A DNA stretch of 64,000 nt from Podarcis bocagei (lineage: Eukaryota), in NCBI GenBank assembly GCA_964188305.1, contig OZ076893.1. One strand, 5' to 3'. The stretch's first letter is position 1. Each line of letters starts with the position of its first letter. Shown here one piece after another: positions 12,601 to 23,100 of the stretch. The position numbers were made by a program, and so were the translations under genes. Under the pieces are notes generated by a model, which did not search any database, was not told where the DNA came from, and saw only the letters and a program-made list of their open reading frames with translations.

Positions 12601-14000
12601 ATATTTAACTAAATAGTCTTTGAATTTCCTCCATTCCTCCTGGTGCTCCTCCTCCTTCTGGTCGCGGACTCTTCCGATGAGGTCGGCTAGCTCCGCAAAG
12701 TCCATCATCTTCATCTGCCATTCCTCCAGTATTGGCACTTCTTGTGTTTTCCAATTCTTGGCTAACAAAATTCTAGCTGCAGTTGTGGCATACAAAAACA
12801 ATCTAACATCTTTCTTGGGCAATTCCAAACCTGTTGTTCCAAGAAGAAAGGCCTCTGGTTTCTTAATAAATGTATATTTCAACATTTTTTTCAATTCATT
12901 ATAAATCTTCTCCCAGAAGTCTTTCACCTTGGGGCAGGTCCACCACATATGATAAAAGGTACCTTCTTTTTCTTTACATTTCCAACATAGATTATCACTA
13001 TTGTGATATATCTTTGCTAATTTTACAGGGGTTAAATACCATCTATACATCATTTTCATAATATTTTCCTTTAACACTGTACATGTTGGGAAAGAAACAT
13101 TCTGCACAGAAACAGTAAAGATGTTTGTACCTTTAAGAACAGTTTTTGTGAGCTCTGGGCTCATTGGTTGCAGCTGACCATGGCTACAAAAAGAGAAAAG
13201 CTGCAGTTTGAACTCTGCCTGCAGGAAAAACACCCACAAGCTTTGCTGTTTGTTGTTTTGAAATAAAGTCCTTATTTGATTTGGTTTTACACCGGTCTCG
13301 TGGTGTCACGGTCTTCTGTCATCTGCCACCAGTGGAAAATCCCCCTCTAACAGTACATGCAGTGAACTTGACCCCTTTCCTCCACAACCTTTCCCAGTCT
13401 TCACACATTATTTTATGTCCCACATCACTTGCCTTTTCTCCTTGCATCACATTCCCTAGCAAAGTAAACAGCAGGCTGTTTTGAAAGCCCTCATAACTTT
13501 GTGGTGAGAAGAGTTACTGGTTGTAGGGTTGTTGTTTTTAAGAGTCACTTTTGTTTTAATTTTGCTGTCTAACTTGCTTTATTATACAACCACAGCTGGA
13601 AAAAGAACTAACATATGAGAGATTGTCGATATGGACGAGTTCGGATATGATGCAGAAAAGGAAGGTGGAGCTTCACTTACCAAGGATCAAACTGGAAGAG
13701 AGTTTCGACCTCAAGTCCACCCTAAGCAGTATGGGGATGAAGGATGCTTTCATTCCAGGCCAAGCTAACTTCTTGGGAATGTCAAAAAAAGGCGACTTGG
13801 CTTTGTCAGAGGTGTATCACAAGTCCTTTGTGGAGATCAATGAAGAGGGCACTGAGGCAGCAGCTGCCTCAGCAGCCACCATTGTAATAAGGTCATCTCA
13901 GAAGCCCATAAAATTCGAAGCAAACCATCCTTTTATCTTCTTTATCAAGCACAAGGCAACAAAAAACACCCTCTTCTTGGGCAGATTCTCTTCTCCATAG
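3663..14000 (+). CDS. SERPINB10: Clade B serpin, SERPINB10/bomapin-like (8-exon type with CD-loop exon), ~394 aa
   Basis: Coding exons 3663-3827, 4639-4686 (CD loop [16 protein letters not shown]), 6273-6410, 7585-7702, 9210-9352, 10467-10634, 13596-14000, all AG/GT flanked, with canonical sizes 138/118/143/168. Motifs [43 protein letters not shown]; predicted P1-P1' Arg-Ser. SERPINB10 rather than SERPINB2 is inferred from the position directly upstream of SERPINB6/SERPINB1, as in the chicken cluster. Confidence 0.8.
3890..4140. mobile_element. Tc1/mariner (Tigger/pogo-like) MITE
   Basis: TIR CAGTGGTACCTTGGTTC / GAACCAAGGTACCACTG, TA flanks. Confidence 0.85.
4957..5470 (-). mobile_element. 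RTE-clade LINE 3' fragment
   Basis: Minus-strand ...WETLA...[19 protein letters not shown], the C2H2-type C-terminus typical of RTE elements. Confidence 0.8.
5019..5152. mobile_element. hAT-like MITE nested in the RTE fragment
   Basis: TIR TAAGGTTACCAG / CTGGTAACCTTA; 8-bp TSD TCTCAGCA / TCTTAGCA. Confidence 0.8.
5554..5657. repeat. (CATAA)n microsatellite
   Basis: Direct reading. Confidence 0.95.
5948..6188. mobile_element. Tc1/mariner-type MITE (same family as 11834)
   Basis: CAGTCATACCTTGG ... CAAGGTATGAT termini; internal hairpin GATTGGCTGCAGGAG...CTCCTGCAGCCAATC. Confidence 0.75.
7065..7150. mobile_element. Small hAT-like MITE
   Basis: TIR TAGCTGTCAAC / GTTGACAGCTA; related copies at ~28324-28467 and ~36841-37013. 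Confidence 0.65.
8091..8400. mobile_element. GC-rich hAT-like MITE
   Basis: CAGGGCTGTCTTA ... TAAGGCGGCCCTG; 8-bp TSD GTTTCTCC / GTTTGTCC. Confidence 0.75.
11834..12085. mobile_element. Tc1/mariner-type MITE
   Basis: CAGTCGTACCTTGGA ... TCCAAGGTACAACTG, TA flanks. Confidence 0.8.
12290..13490 (-). mobile_element. L1 LINE 3' fragment (ORF2 C-terminus) interrupted by a solo LTR
   Basis: Minus-strand YRWYLTP...[18 protein letters not shown] zinc-knuckle region typical of non-mammalian vertebrate L1. Confidence 0.85.
13084..13352 (+). mobile_element. Solo LTR
   Basis: TGTTGG...CTAACA ends, perfect 5-bp TSD GTACA (13079-13083 / 13353-13357), AATAAA at 13262. Confidence 0.8.
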
Positions 14001-14464
14001 AATGTGGTTGCCAATGTAATGAACCTACCAGTACATCCCATGGTAAACACACCCTCAAAAATAAAAAATGCATAAGAGAACTTCTTGCCCTTCCTCCCAA
14101 GTTAATGTTGACACTGGATTTGCCTCTCTTTCTCTCCTCTGCCAACAGCCATTTTGTGTCATGCCACACGCCCCATGGCAGCCATTTTGTGATTGGCACC
14201 ATAGCAGTTTCTCAAAATTCCAAATGTCCTCATTGGTCCAAAAAGGTTGGACCAATCTGAATATAAATGCTTAAGAGCAGGCTGAAATGCCATAGACCTC
14301 ACATTTAGGCCTCATGCTGTTTTAGGCATAACCTATATAAGCTTTTCTGCCTTCCTTCTGTTGCCCAAATCTGTCTCTGTACATGACAAGAGTGTGCAGC
14401 ATAACATTCTTAATTCTTCTCTAAATGCCAGTCATCATTGTCTGTAAAACATGGATTTTAAATC

Positions 14465-14470
14465 AATAAA
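14465..14470 (+). terminator. Poly(A) signal of the SERPINB10-like gene
   Basis: AATAAA ~465 nt after the stop codon; a proximal AATAAA also lies at 14060-14065. Confidence 0.55.
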
Positions 14471-14487
14471 TTTATTTTAGAAAATTA

Positions 14488-14988
14488 CTGTACTTTTCCG
14501 TGTATTGGATGAGCTTTTCTACAGATAAAAGAATCTCTCAAATTGGGGGTCGTCTTATACATGGGTAGTGCTGAGTGGGGACATGGGATTGGTCGCTGGC
14601 ACGGAGCATTTCAGCGGCCATTTTGGCTGATGATTGGTTGCAGCATCAAGGGTTGCTCTAAATTTGGTGCTGCCTCGTCAACTGGGCAGGCGATTTGCTG
14701 TTGCTTTCGGCATGCGGGCAGAAGATTTTCTTCTGCAGTGTGAGTGGTTGTTTTCGTTGTTCCGGTGGATGAGTGTTTATCGTTAAACCCCCTCTCCCGA
14801 AACAACTTAAAAACTGTGGGCAATGGGCAATCGCCCTCCAAAAAAGCTCAATAGCTTTGGCATTCCTCCAATCCTCCCCCCAAAAAGCTCAACAATTCTG
14901 GGCAATCTCCCCCAATTTTCTAAATTTTGAGTCCACCAAAATAGGGGCGTCTTATACATGGGGGCGTGTTATACACGGAAAAATGTGG
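14488..14988. mobile_element. Non-autonomous Tc1/mariner (Tc2-like) element
   Basis: Imperfect TIR CTGTACTTTTCCGTGTAT / ATACACGGAAAAATGTGG, TA TSD; empty sites (TTATGTTTCCACT) in units 2 and 3. Confidence 0.75.
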
Positions 14989-15691
14989 TACGTTTCCACT
15001 ATGCAAAACAATAGTATTTTAAAAGCTCTTATCCTCTCTCCCTGTGCTACATGACACGGACTGCAGCCCACTTCAATTAAAATAATTGACAACACTCCTA
15101 TTTATTTTATATATTCATCATCTCACCAGCTGATTAGTAGAAAGCTAGAGCAATTAGATGGAACATGTTCCAAACTGGAGGATATATTACAGACCAGTTG
15201 AGACACTATGCTGCACTTGAGAATGCATGCAAAATCCAGAAGCTTGTGGGAGAAAGTCCTTTGGCAAGTTGTAATTGACTCGAGTCTCAAGAAATTTGTA
15301 TTTTCTTCAAGTGTCGTGATCTGAGTTCTCCTTCTGCATCACTGATAGGCACATTCTGGTACTTCTGATTCCTCACGGCTTGCTTGCATTTCAGGCATTA
15401 GAGGTTTGCCCTCTGCATTTATGCACCAACTGTCCATTATGCTTAACCTTACTCAGTTGCAACACAGCATCACCAGGGTCAGAATCCTAACTGGTACCCG
15501 TCCTCGTTTCCCAATAGCAATGGTCTTAGAAACTATAGCAGGATCTCCTTCTCAGGCCTCAACATGGTTCTAACAGGGCATCATAATCTCACCCAGGTAG
15601 TCTGACCTTTGTTTTAAGCATCGTAGTTGTGTGTATTGGGCAACAAATTGAAGGCATGAATACGTTTATTACCCAGGTTCCCCACATGGTT

Positions 15692-15865
15692 ATAATAATA
15701 ATAATAATAATTTATTATTTATACCCCGCCCATCTGGCTGGGTTTCCCCAGCCACTCTGGGCGGCTTCCAAAAGAATATTAAAATACTATGATACATCAA
15801 ACATTAAAAGCTTCCCTAAACAGGGCTGCCTTCAGATGTCTTCTAAAAGTCTGGTAGTTGTTGTT
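15692..15865 (-). mobile_element. L2 LINE 3'-end fragment (paralogous copy at ~27566-27730)
   Basis: Reverse complement of the 3' end of the L2 at 19217-20122, with its (AAT)n tail. Confidence 0.75.
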
Positions 15866-16475
15866 CTCTGGTCGCTTTCAGTAGATCAAATGGTGTCCCG
15901 CCGTGCTTTCATTTGAAGAGATGGGACTCCTTCAACACTCCTCATAAACACACTCTTATGGGCAGGACACCCAAATCCCAACACTTCTCCAGAATAGTCC
16001 ACAGATTAATCACCACATACCCAGAGATTCCTCTGAACTGTACAAGCTTACCCAATCTTTCCGGAGAATACTGCAGTCATCAAAAAATCAGACTGGGTGT
16101 TCACATCCTTCACCCAGCATGTCCGGGAAAAAGATATTTCAACACTCAATATGGCCAAAAGAATTCAAGCCTGCATATCTAGAATATACACCTCAAAGGA
16201 GCTGATTTCACCCAAAGGTCATAGTGGTTCCTTGGTTTACAGAAGTACGTGCGTCGCCTCTTTTTTCAGGTTGTATTTTCTAGGGATCAATTCCATTTGT
16301 TGGGAGACATTCGTGTTCGTAGAATAACCCTAGCTCCCCGCACACACAACCTCTCTCACCACCAAGGAAATACAATAAATCAGTGTTATGTATTGGGCTT
16401 AACACATTTTATGTTTCAAAGCGCGTTCTAACCAATCATAGAAGTGTTGGTAGACTAACATTCTAATGGCAAGTA

Positions 16476-16698
16476 CAGTCATACCTCGGGTTGAAGTACC
16501 TTCGGGATAAGTATTTTCGGGTTGCGAGCTGCGGTGACCTGGAAGTAACAAGCATGTTACTTCCGGGTTTCGCCGCTCACGCATGCGCAGATGGTCAAAA
16601 TGACGTCACACGCATGCGCGGAAGCGGCGAATCGGGTTCGCTTCTGGATGCGAACGGGGCTCCGGAACGGATCCCGTTCGCATCCAGAGGTACCACAG
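16476..16698. mobile_element. Tc1/mariner-type MITE, unit 1 only
   Basis: TA-flanked CAGTCATACCTC ... GAGGTACCACAG; empty site GGCAAGTAAGC in units 2 and 3. Confidence 0.8.
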
Positions 16699-16959
16699 TA
16701 AGCGCATGCTCTTTGAACTGTCAACTGTCAACGATGCTGGGGATTATTATCGTGTTGTCCAGTCAGTTTGGTTCTTGTGTTCCTATGAGTGAGCTGTTGT
16801 CACTGACAAATGCTGAATAAACTTACACTGCCTTGGGCTTCTGACTTTTTCCGAACATTTAACGATCAGCGAATAGAAAGATCATCTACCCAAGCCACGC
16901 TGACACTAAGTAAAAGAATATGAGCTTTACCCTATAAACTGCATTGTCTGTATTAATGT

Positions 16960-17530
16960 CAGGCTCCCCGGGTTTGCGCAGCCAGGCGCCCTTACTCGGG
17001 AATAAGCCTGCGGGGATTACTTCTGCAGCGCCAACAACCAGCGCGAGCAGGGCGCAATTGCGCTTTCGCAGCGCCACCTTCCTGCTCCGAGGGGCTTCTC
17101 CGTTTCTGAAAAAGCAGGCGGCGATGGGGAAAAAGGCGTGCCGCTCTCAAAGGCAACGGGCAGCGGCTTCGTTTCCTCCTCCTGGACCTGTGCGAGCCGA
17201 TCTGCACATGCTCAGTGGCAATGGAAGCCGGCCGCAAACTTGGGGGCTCGAAGCTGCGGCTCCTTCCCCTCCCCACCCTATTAGGTTCCTGGATAGCGGC
17301 TGAGTCAGGGGCTGAGTCACAGGAAGGAGCGCCTCCCCTGACAGGACGGGATGGTTTCGTTTCCCCTTCTCTGGTTTCCCGTCGCCACTCGGTGCCTCTC
17401 TTTGCTCGCAGCCGGAGCCCTTCCTGCGACCCGTGCGTAACAGCCGCGCCCATTCCTCCCGGTACAGTCCTCTTCTCTTTGGGGTGCCAATTGCACCGTT
17501 GCGTGTCCTTTAAAAGAAGGGGGGGTTCCT
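16960..17530 (+). promoter_or_regulatory. CpG-island promoter/exon 1 of SERPINB6 copy A
   Basis: CpG-rich, ~0.9 kb upstream of exon 2; tandem GCTGAGTCA at 17299-17307 and 17311-17319; ETS-like CAGGAAG follows. Confidence 0.7.
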
Positions 17531-18404
17531 GATGTTGTGTGTGTGTGTGGTTAAAAGCTGCCTCGTCTTGGACTGCTTTTGGTAAGCCGAGGAAGAAAAT
17601 CAATATCTGATTCTAACTTCCAGAAAGGTAGGCGTATTACGAGTGGCTTGCGCGCAACGAATGTTCTAGGAGCGCCTTAAAGGCTGCCAGCATCATTTTG
17701 CACAAAAAACGTCCAGGGTCTTAAAAGAGTCCATTGCATCATATACGCCTGCAAAAAAGTTTGTGCCATAACTGATGAAGCGGTTTCTTTTTTTCTGAAG
17801 TTCATGATGCGGTAAAAAAAAAAAACATGTCAGTGGTAACTACCAACTTAAGTCGTTGCTTACTGGTTTGCAGAGAGTAAGTCAGGTGGATTGCTTGGCA
17901 TCAGCGTCTGGGACTTCCTTTGTTGAGGAAGTAAGTAATCTGGGAGGGTCTCAGGGTGTTGTCACCTGTGGGACCTGCACTTCGGTGTACACTTCTGTCC
18001 TTTGAACAGCTGCATGACACAGGCAGAAATTTAATAGCTGCGCCTTTCCATACTGTGTTTCTCTACTGGGAAAGTCTTCACCTGCAGGATTTCTGCCTGC
18101 TGCACTCAGCTGTTAGCGCACAGGAGCTTTGCAAGGGGGGGGGGAGAGATAAAACTGACACTGGTTCCTGTTCTTTATTGGTGTTTGTTGGGTTTGCACT
18201 GAAAAATCTAATCATCTGCATAGCATGGAAGCAGTGGGTTTTTATGTTCCAGCTTGGTTGATATGCAGGTTGATATGCCCTTAGGACACACGTGTGGGAT
18301 CTGAAAACAAATGCTTAGGTTTGGGTTTTTTTCTGTAAAAGTGACCTCCGAGCGGACAAACTGGATGACTGTCTTCTCTGTGCTTGTTTCGTAGGTTATA
18401 AGAC

Positions 18405-20073
18405 ATGGACCGCCTCACTGCAGCAAACAGTGCCTTTGCCCTCAATCTGTTCAAGAAGCTAAGTCAAAATGATAATACAGCGAACATGTTTTTTTCTCCT
18501 TTGAGCATTTCTGCTGCTTTGACGATGCTCTCTCTGGGGGCGGCAGGGAACACTGCAGCCCAAATGGCAAAGGTATATCCAGATAAATACTATTAAGGGG
18601 ATGGGGGAGCTTGACTTTTGACTCTTAAATGAGGCATGCATGGTGCATCCTTTTCTTTGCAGCAGGTCAGGCTGAAATATGCATTTATTAGCGGGCCCTT
18701 AAGGCTACTAGTGAACTCCCGTTGCGCGGTCCCTGCTCCTGCCCACCTAGCTGTTCCAAAGCACGTCAAAATGCAAGTAAATAAATAGGTACCACTCCGG
18801 CAGGAAGGTAAACAGCGTTTCCGTGCGCTCTGCTGGTTTCACCAGAAGTGGCTTAGTCATGCTGGCCACATGACCTGGAAAAACTATCTGCGGACAAACA
18901 ACTCTGGGGTTGCGGTGCTCATCTTGCTTTACTGGCTGAGGGAGCCAACGTACAGCTTCCGGCTCATGTGGCCAGCGTGACTAAGCCGCTTCTGGCGAAC
19001 CAGAGCAGCACATGGAAATGCCGTTTACCTTCCCGCCGGAGCGGTACCTATTTATCTACTTGCACTTTGACGTGCTTTTGAACTGCTAGGTTGGCAGGAG
19101 CAGGGACCGAGCAACAGGAGCTCACCCAGTCACAGGGATTCGAACTGCTGACCTTTCACTCTCTTGTTTGCCAAAAGACGTGGATTTTCAACTGATAACA
19201 TGTTTTTTAGGATTACGTGGAGGCGGTTGGAGGATGGATGGCGGCTAACAGATTGAGGTTGAATCCTGACAAGACAGAAGTACTGTTTTTGGGGGACAGG
19301 AGGCGGGCAGGTGTAGAGGATTCCCTGGTCCTGAATGGGGTAACTGTGCCCCTGAAGGACCAGGTGCGCAGCCTGGGAGTCATTTTGGACTCACAGCTGT
19401 CCATGGAGGCACAGGTCAAATCTGCGTCCAGGGCAGCTGTTTACCAGCTCCATCTGGTACGTAGGCTGAGACCCTATCTGCCTGCGGACTGTCTCGCCAG
19501 AGTGGTGCATGCTCTGGTTATCTCCCGCTTGGACTACTGCAATGCACTCTACGTGGGGCTACCTTTGAAGATGACCCGGAAACTGCAATTAATCCAGAAT
19601 GCAGCAGCTAGACCGGTGACTGGGAGTGGCCGCCGAGACCATATAACACCGGTCTTGAAAGACCTGCATTGGCTCCCAGTACGTTTCCGAGCACAATTCA
19701 AAGTGTTGGTGCTGACCTTTAAAGCCCTAAACGGCCTCGGTCCAGTATATCTGAAGGAGCGTCTCCACCCCCATCATTCTGCCCGGACGCTGAGGTCCAG
19801 CGCCGAGGGCCTTCTGGCGGTTCCCTCATTGCGAGAAGCAAAGCTACAGGGAACCAGGCAGAGGGCCTTCTCGGTAGTGGCGCCCGCCCTGTGGAACGCC
19901 CTTCCAGCAGATGTCAAAGCGATAAACAACCACCTGACATTCAGGAGACATCTTAAGGCAGCCCTGTTCAGGGAAGTTTTTAACGTGTGATATTTTATTG
20001 TATTTTTGGTTTTTATGGAAGCCGCCCAGAGTGGCTGGGGAGGCCCAGCCAGATGGGCGGGGTATAAATAATA

Positions 20074-20127
<54 letters not shown>

Positions 20128-23100
20128 CTGTATTTAAATTACTTAACATTATCTGTTAACCATTTATCATCTTACAGGTGCTGTCTGTGACCAACGACGT
20201 CGAGTTTCACCAGGGATACGAGAAACTTATTTCTGAAATCAACAAGCCAGACACCAAGTACTTGCTTAGGCTAGCCAACAGGCTCTTTGGAGAAACATCC
20301 TATGAGTTTATTTCAGTAAGTTACATGGTTTACAAATATGCTAGAGAACAGGAAGTGGTCTCTGTTCAGATAGTGAACCGTGTTCTGTCGCAGATCAGAA
20401 ACGCAGCTAAGCACACACTATCCCTTCTGTACTTTCCAGTAAAACCTTCCATCAAACTGAAAGGGACATTTGAATTCGCAGCAGTGATCAGCTTGAGTCC
20501 AGGTGGCAGGTTGTACCAGCCAATCTACTTGGTGGATAGATTCATTTCTTTCTCTTTCCCCCTGTCCTTACTTGGCACCACTCGCACTGGATGCTTTTTG
20601 TAAGCTGCTCTTGTAAAGCTCCAAAACTGCAGGGTAGCTAATGCTGGATCATAACATTCTTTGTTTGGGAAAAGAGACTGCTTATGGGATGTTGGATCCC
20701 AAAGCACCCTTTTGTTTCTAGCATGTTGGCTCATGAATTTGGTCTAGCCTGCCCAGCCTTTTACAGAGGTCTGCCAACCCCCAAAACCATTGTTGACAGA
20801 AGCTTCAGAGGCAGTGAGCAGCAGATCAGAGTGCTCTCCATTTTGGTGACTTGCTTCCCCAGCAAGAAGCAGAATGAAGTACTCAGGAAATGGGAGGGAA
20901 TGCGACTACATTTTCTGAGCTCTTGACTATCTGCAGCCTGTGCTTCTCTCCTTCTCTCATTCGCATTTTTTTTTATATTGTGTAAATGATGGCATTGCAC
21001 TGGAAGGCAATTTCCCTTAGCATTTGCACGGGAGTTCACAGACCAGCACTACTGCATTTCCCACTGTGTGTTACATTTATGACATGCTTGTGAACTTCCA
21101 GGGACAGAACGGTAGACTAAGTGGAGCTTTTGCTAGATCAAGCCAAGAGGATAATTACATTTAAAAAACAACTGTAATACAACAGGTAGATGCGGTGGCG
21201 CAGCGGCAGCAGGAGGCCCCATTAACTAAAGTGATGCTTCAGGTTAAGAACAGTTTCAGGTTAAGAACGGACCTCCGGAATGAATTAAGTACATAACCCG
21301 AGGTACCACTGTACATTTTTAAAAGAACAACTGTAATATAGCAGGTAGTCGGCACTTTCCAAAGACTTACCAAATTTGGGGACGAATAAGTATTGCTTAA
21401 ATAACAGTTTTACTCCATAGAGAAACAGAAAGAGAAAATACCACATTGGAATTCATTATCCGCCTGCATTGAGCAGGATTGATACGGGGCAAATATTGGT
21501 AAGCATTTAGCATCCTGCATACAGACCTTTCATGTAGGACTCTCATATACAGTGGTACCTCGGGTTAAGTACTTAATTCGTTCCGGAGGTCCATTCTTAA
21601 CCTGAAACTGTTCTTAACATGAGGTACTACTTTAGCTAGTGGGGACTCTTACTGCTGCCGTGCTGCCGGAGCACGATTTCTGTTCTCAACCTGAAGCAAA
21701 GTTCTTAACCTGAAGCACTATTTCTGGGTTAGCAGAGTGTGTAACCTGAAGCGTATGTAACCTGAAGCGTATGTAACCCGAGGTACCACTGTATAAGAAT
21801 AAGACAATGATTGCTATGTGTATTCTTGAGCAAAAGAAGTTTGTTTGGGTCCGGTTCAGTCCATCTGTTTTGGCTGATAGGAATCTATTGCACATGCCAT
21901 GACCTTTTTCTTATCAACTGAAGTTAAATTAAGCATCTGCATACGTGTTTCACATCTTTCGGTATCTGAAAATGGAAGAAACATCCTTCTCTCCCTCTCT
22001 TTTCTGTGGGACAAAACCTGAATGAAATCAAAGTTTGTTTGTATATGATATATACAGATCCATATATAGCTTTTAATTCTGAAACATATTTGTTTAAGTC
22101 ATTCATAGACTCCAGCCAGAAATTCTATCGAGCAGGTCTAGAGAAACTAGACTTCATTAAAGCATCAGAGGATTCCAGAAAATACATTAATAATTGGGTG
22201 GAAGAACAGACAGCAAGTGAGTAGCAAATTCTTGGGCTTCCATATTGTCTGAGGTTTAGTTCTTAAAATATGAGTTTGTGTCTAAAAAATATGTACTTAT
22301 TAAAACAGCTCTTTAATCCCTCTTCAAGGTAAAATCCAAAATCTGCTCACCCCAGGACTAATTGACTCCAGTACAAGGCTGGTCTTGGTGAATGCTATCT
22401 ATTTCAAGGGAAACTGGGCAAATCAGTTCCTCAAAGATGACACTGAGGAAAGGCCGTTCAAAGTTAGCAAGGTATGAGGTGGGAAATAATGTGAAGAACA
22501 TCACTGAGCACAGTCTTTATCATTTTGATTACATACACACATTCTGATATTTGGAGTGTTCCCTCCTTCTGTTTTTTTCTTTCATCAGTTGACCAGTTGG
22601 GATTTCCCTTCCCACCATGTCCTAAGGACATTCTTTTGCAGAGATAACAGAGGATGAACAGTACACAAGGTGCAGAGCAGCTCAAGCAATGCAATAGAAA
22701 AGATTACATGCTTAAAACGAAATTCTTCTCCGTTTGCAGAATGAAAGCAAACCGGTGCAGATGATGTTCAAGGAAGCTAAATTCAACATGACATACATAT
22801 CGGAACTTCGCACCCAAATTCTTGAGATTCCTTATGTTGATAACGAGCTCAGCATGATCATCCTGCTTCCTGATGAGATTGCAGATAATTCTACAGGCCT
22901 GGAAAAGGTGAGGCATTTTTGATAAGAATAAAACCATCTAAATTCTTGCCCGTAAAAATTGCCCTTGTATGACGAGAGCATTCTAGCTTCCAACTTCTAA
23001 GTGATTCTTCCAAGTGCCCAGTGTAACTTATTATATTGTTGGCATCTGTCTGTCTTGAGAGACAATGGAGTGTGCCTTCAGAGGTGAAGTCAAACCACCA

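Noticed and set aside
12586-13239. 217-aa minus-strand ORF as a host gene
   Set aside because: L1 ORF2 C-terminus fused by chance to solo-LTR sequence.
16886-17603. ORFs over the CpG islands (also 28687-29298, 37233-37874, 52166-52940)
   Set aside because: Frames are broken by indels between paralogous copies; typical CpG-island spurious ORFs.
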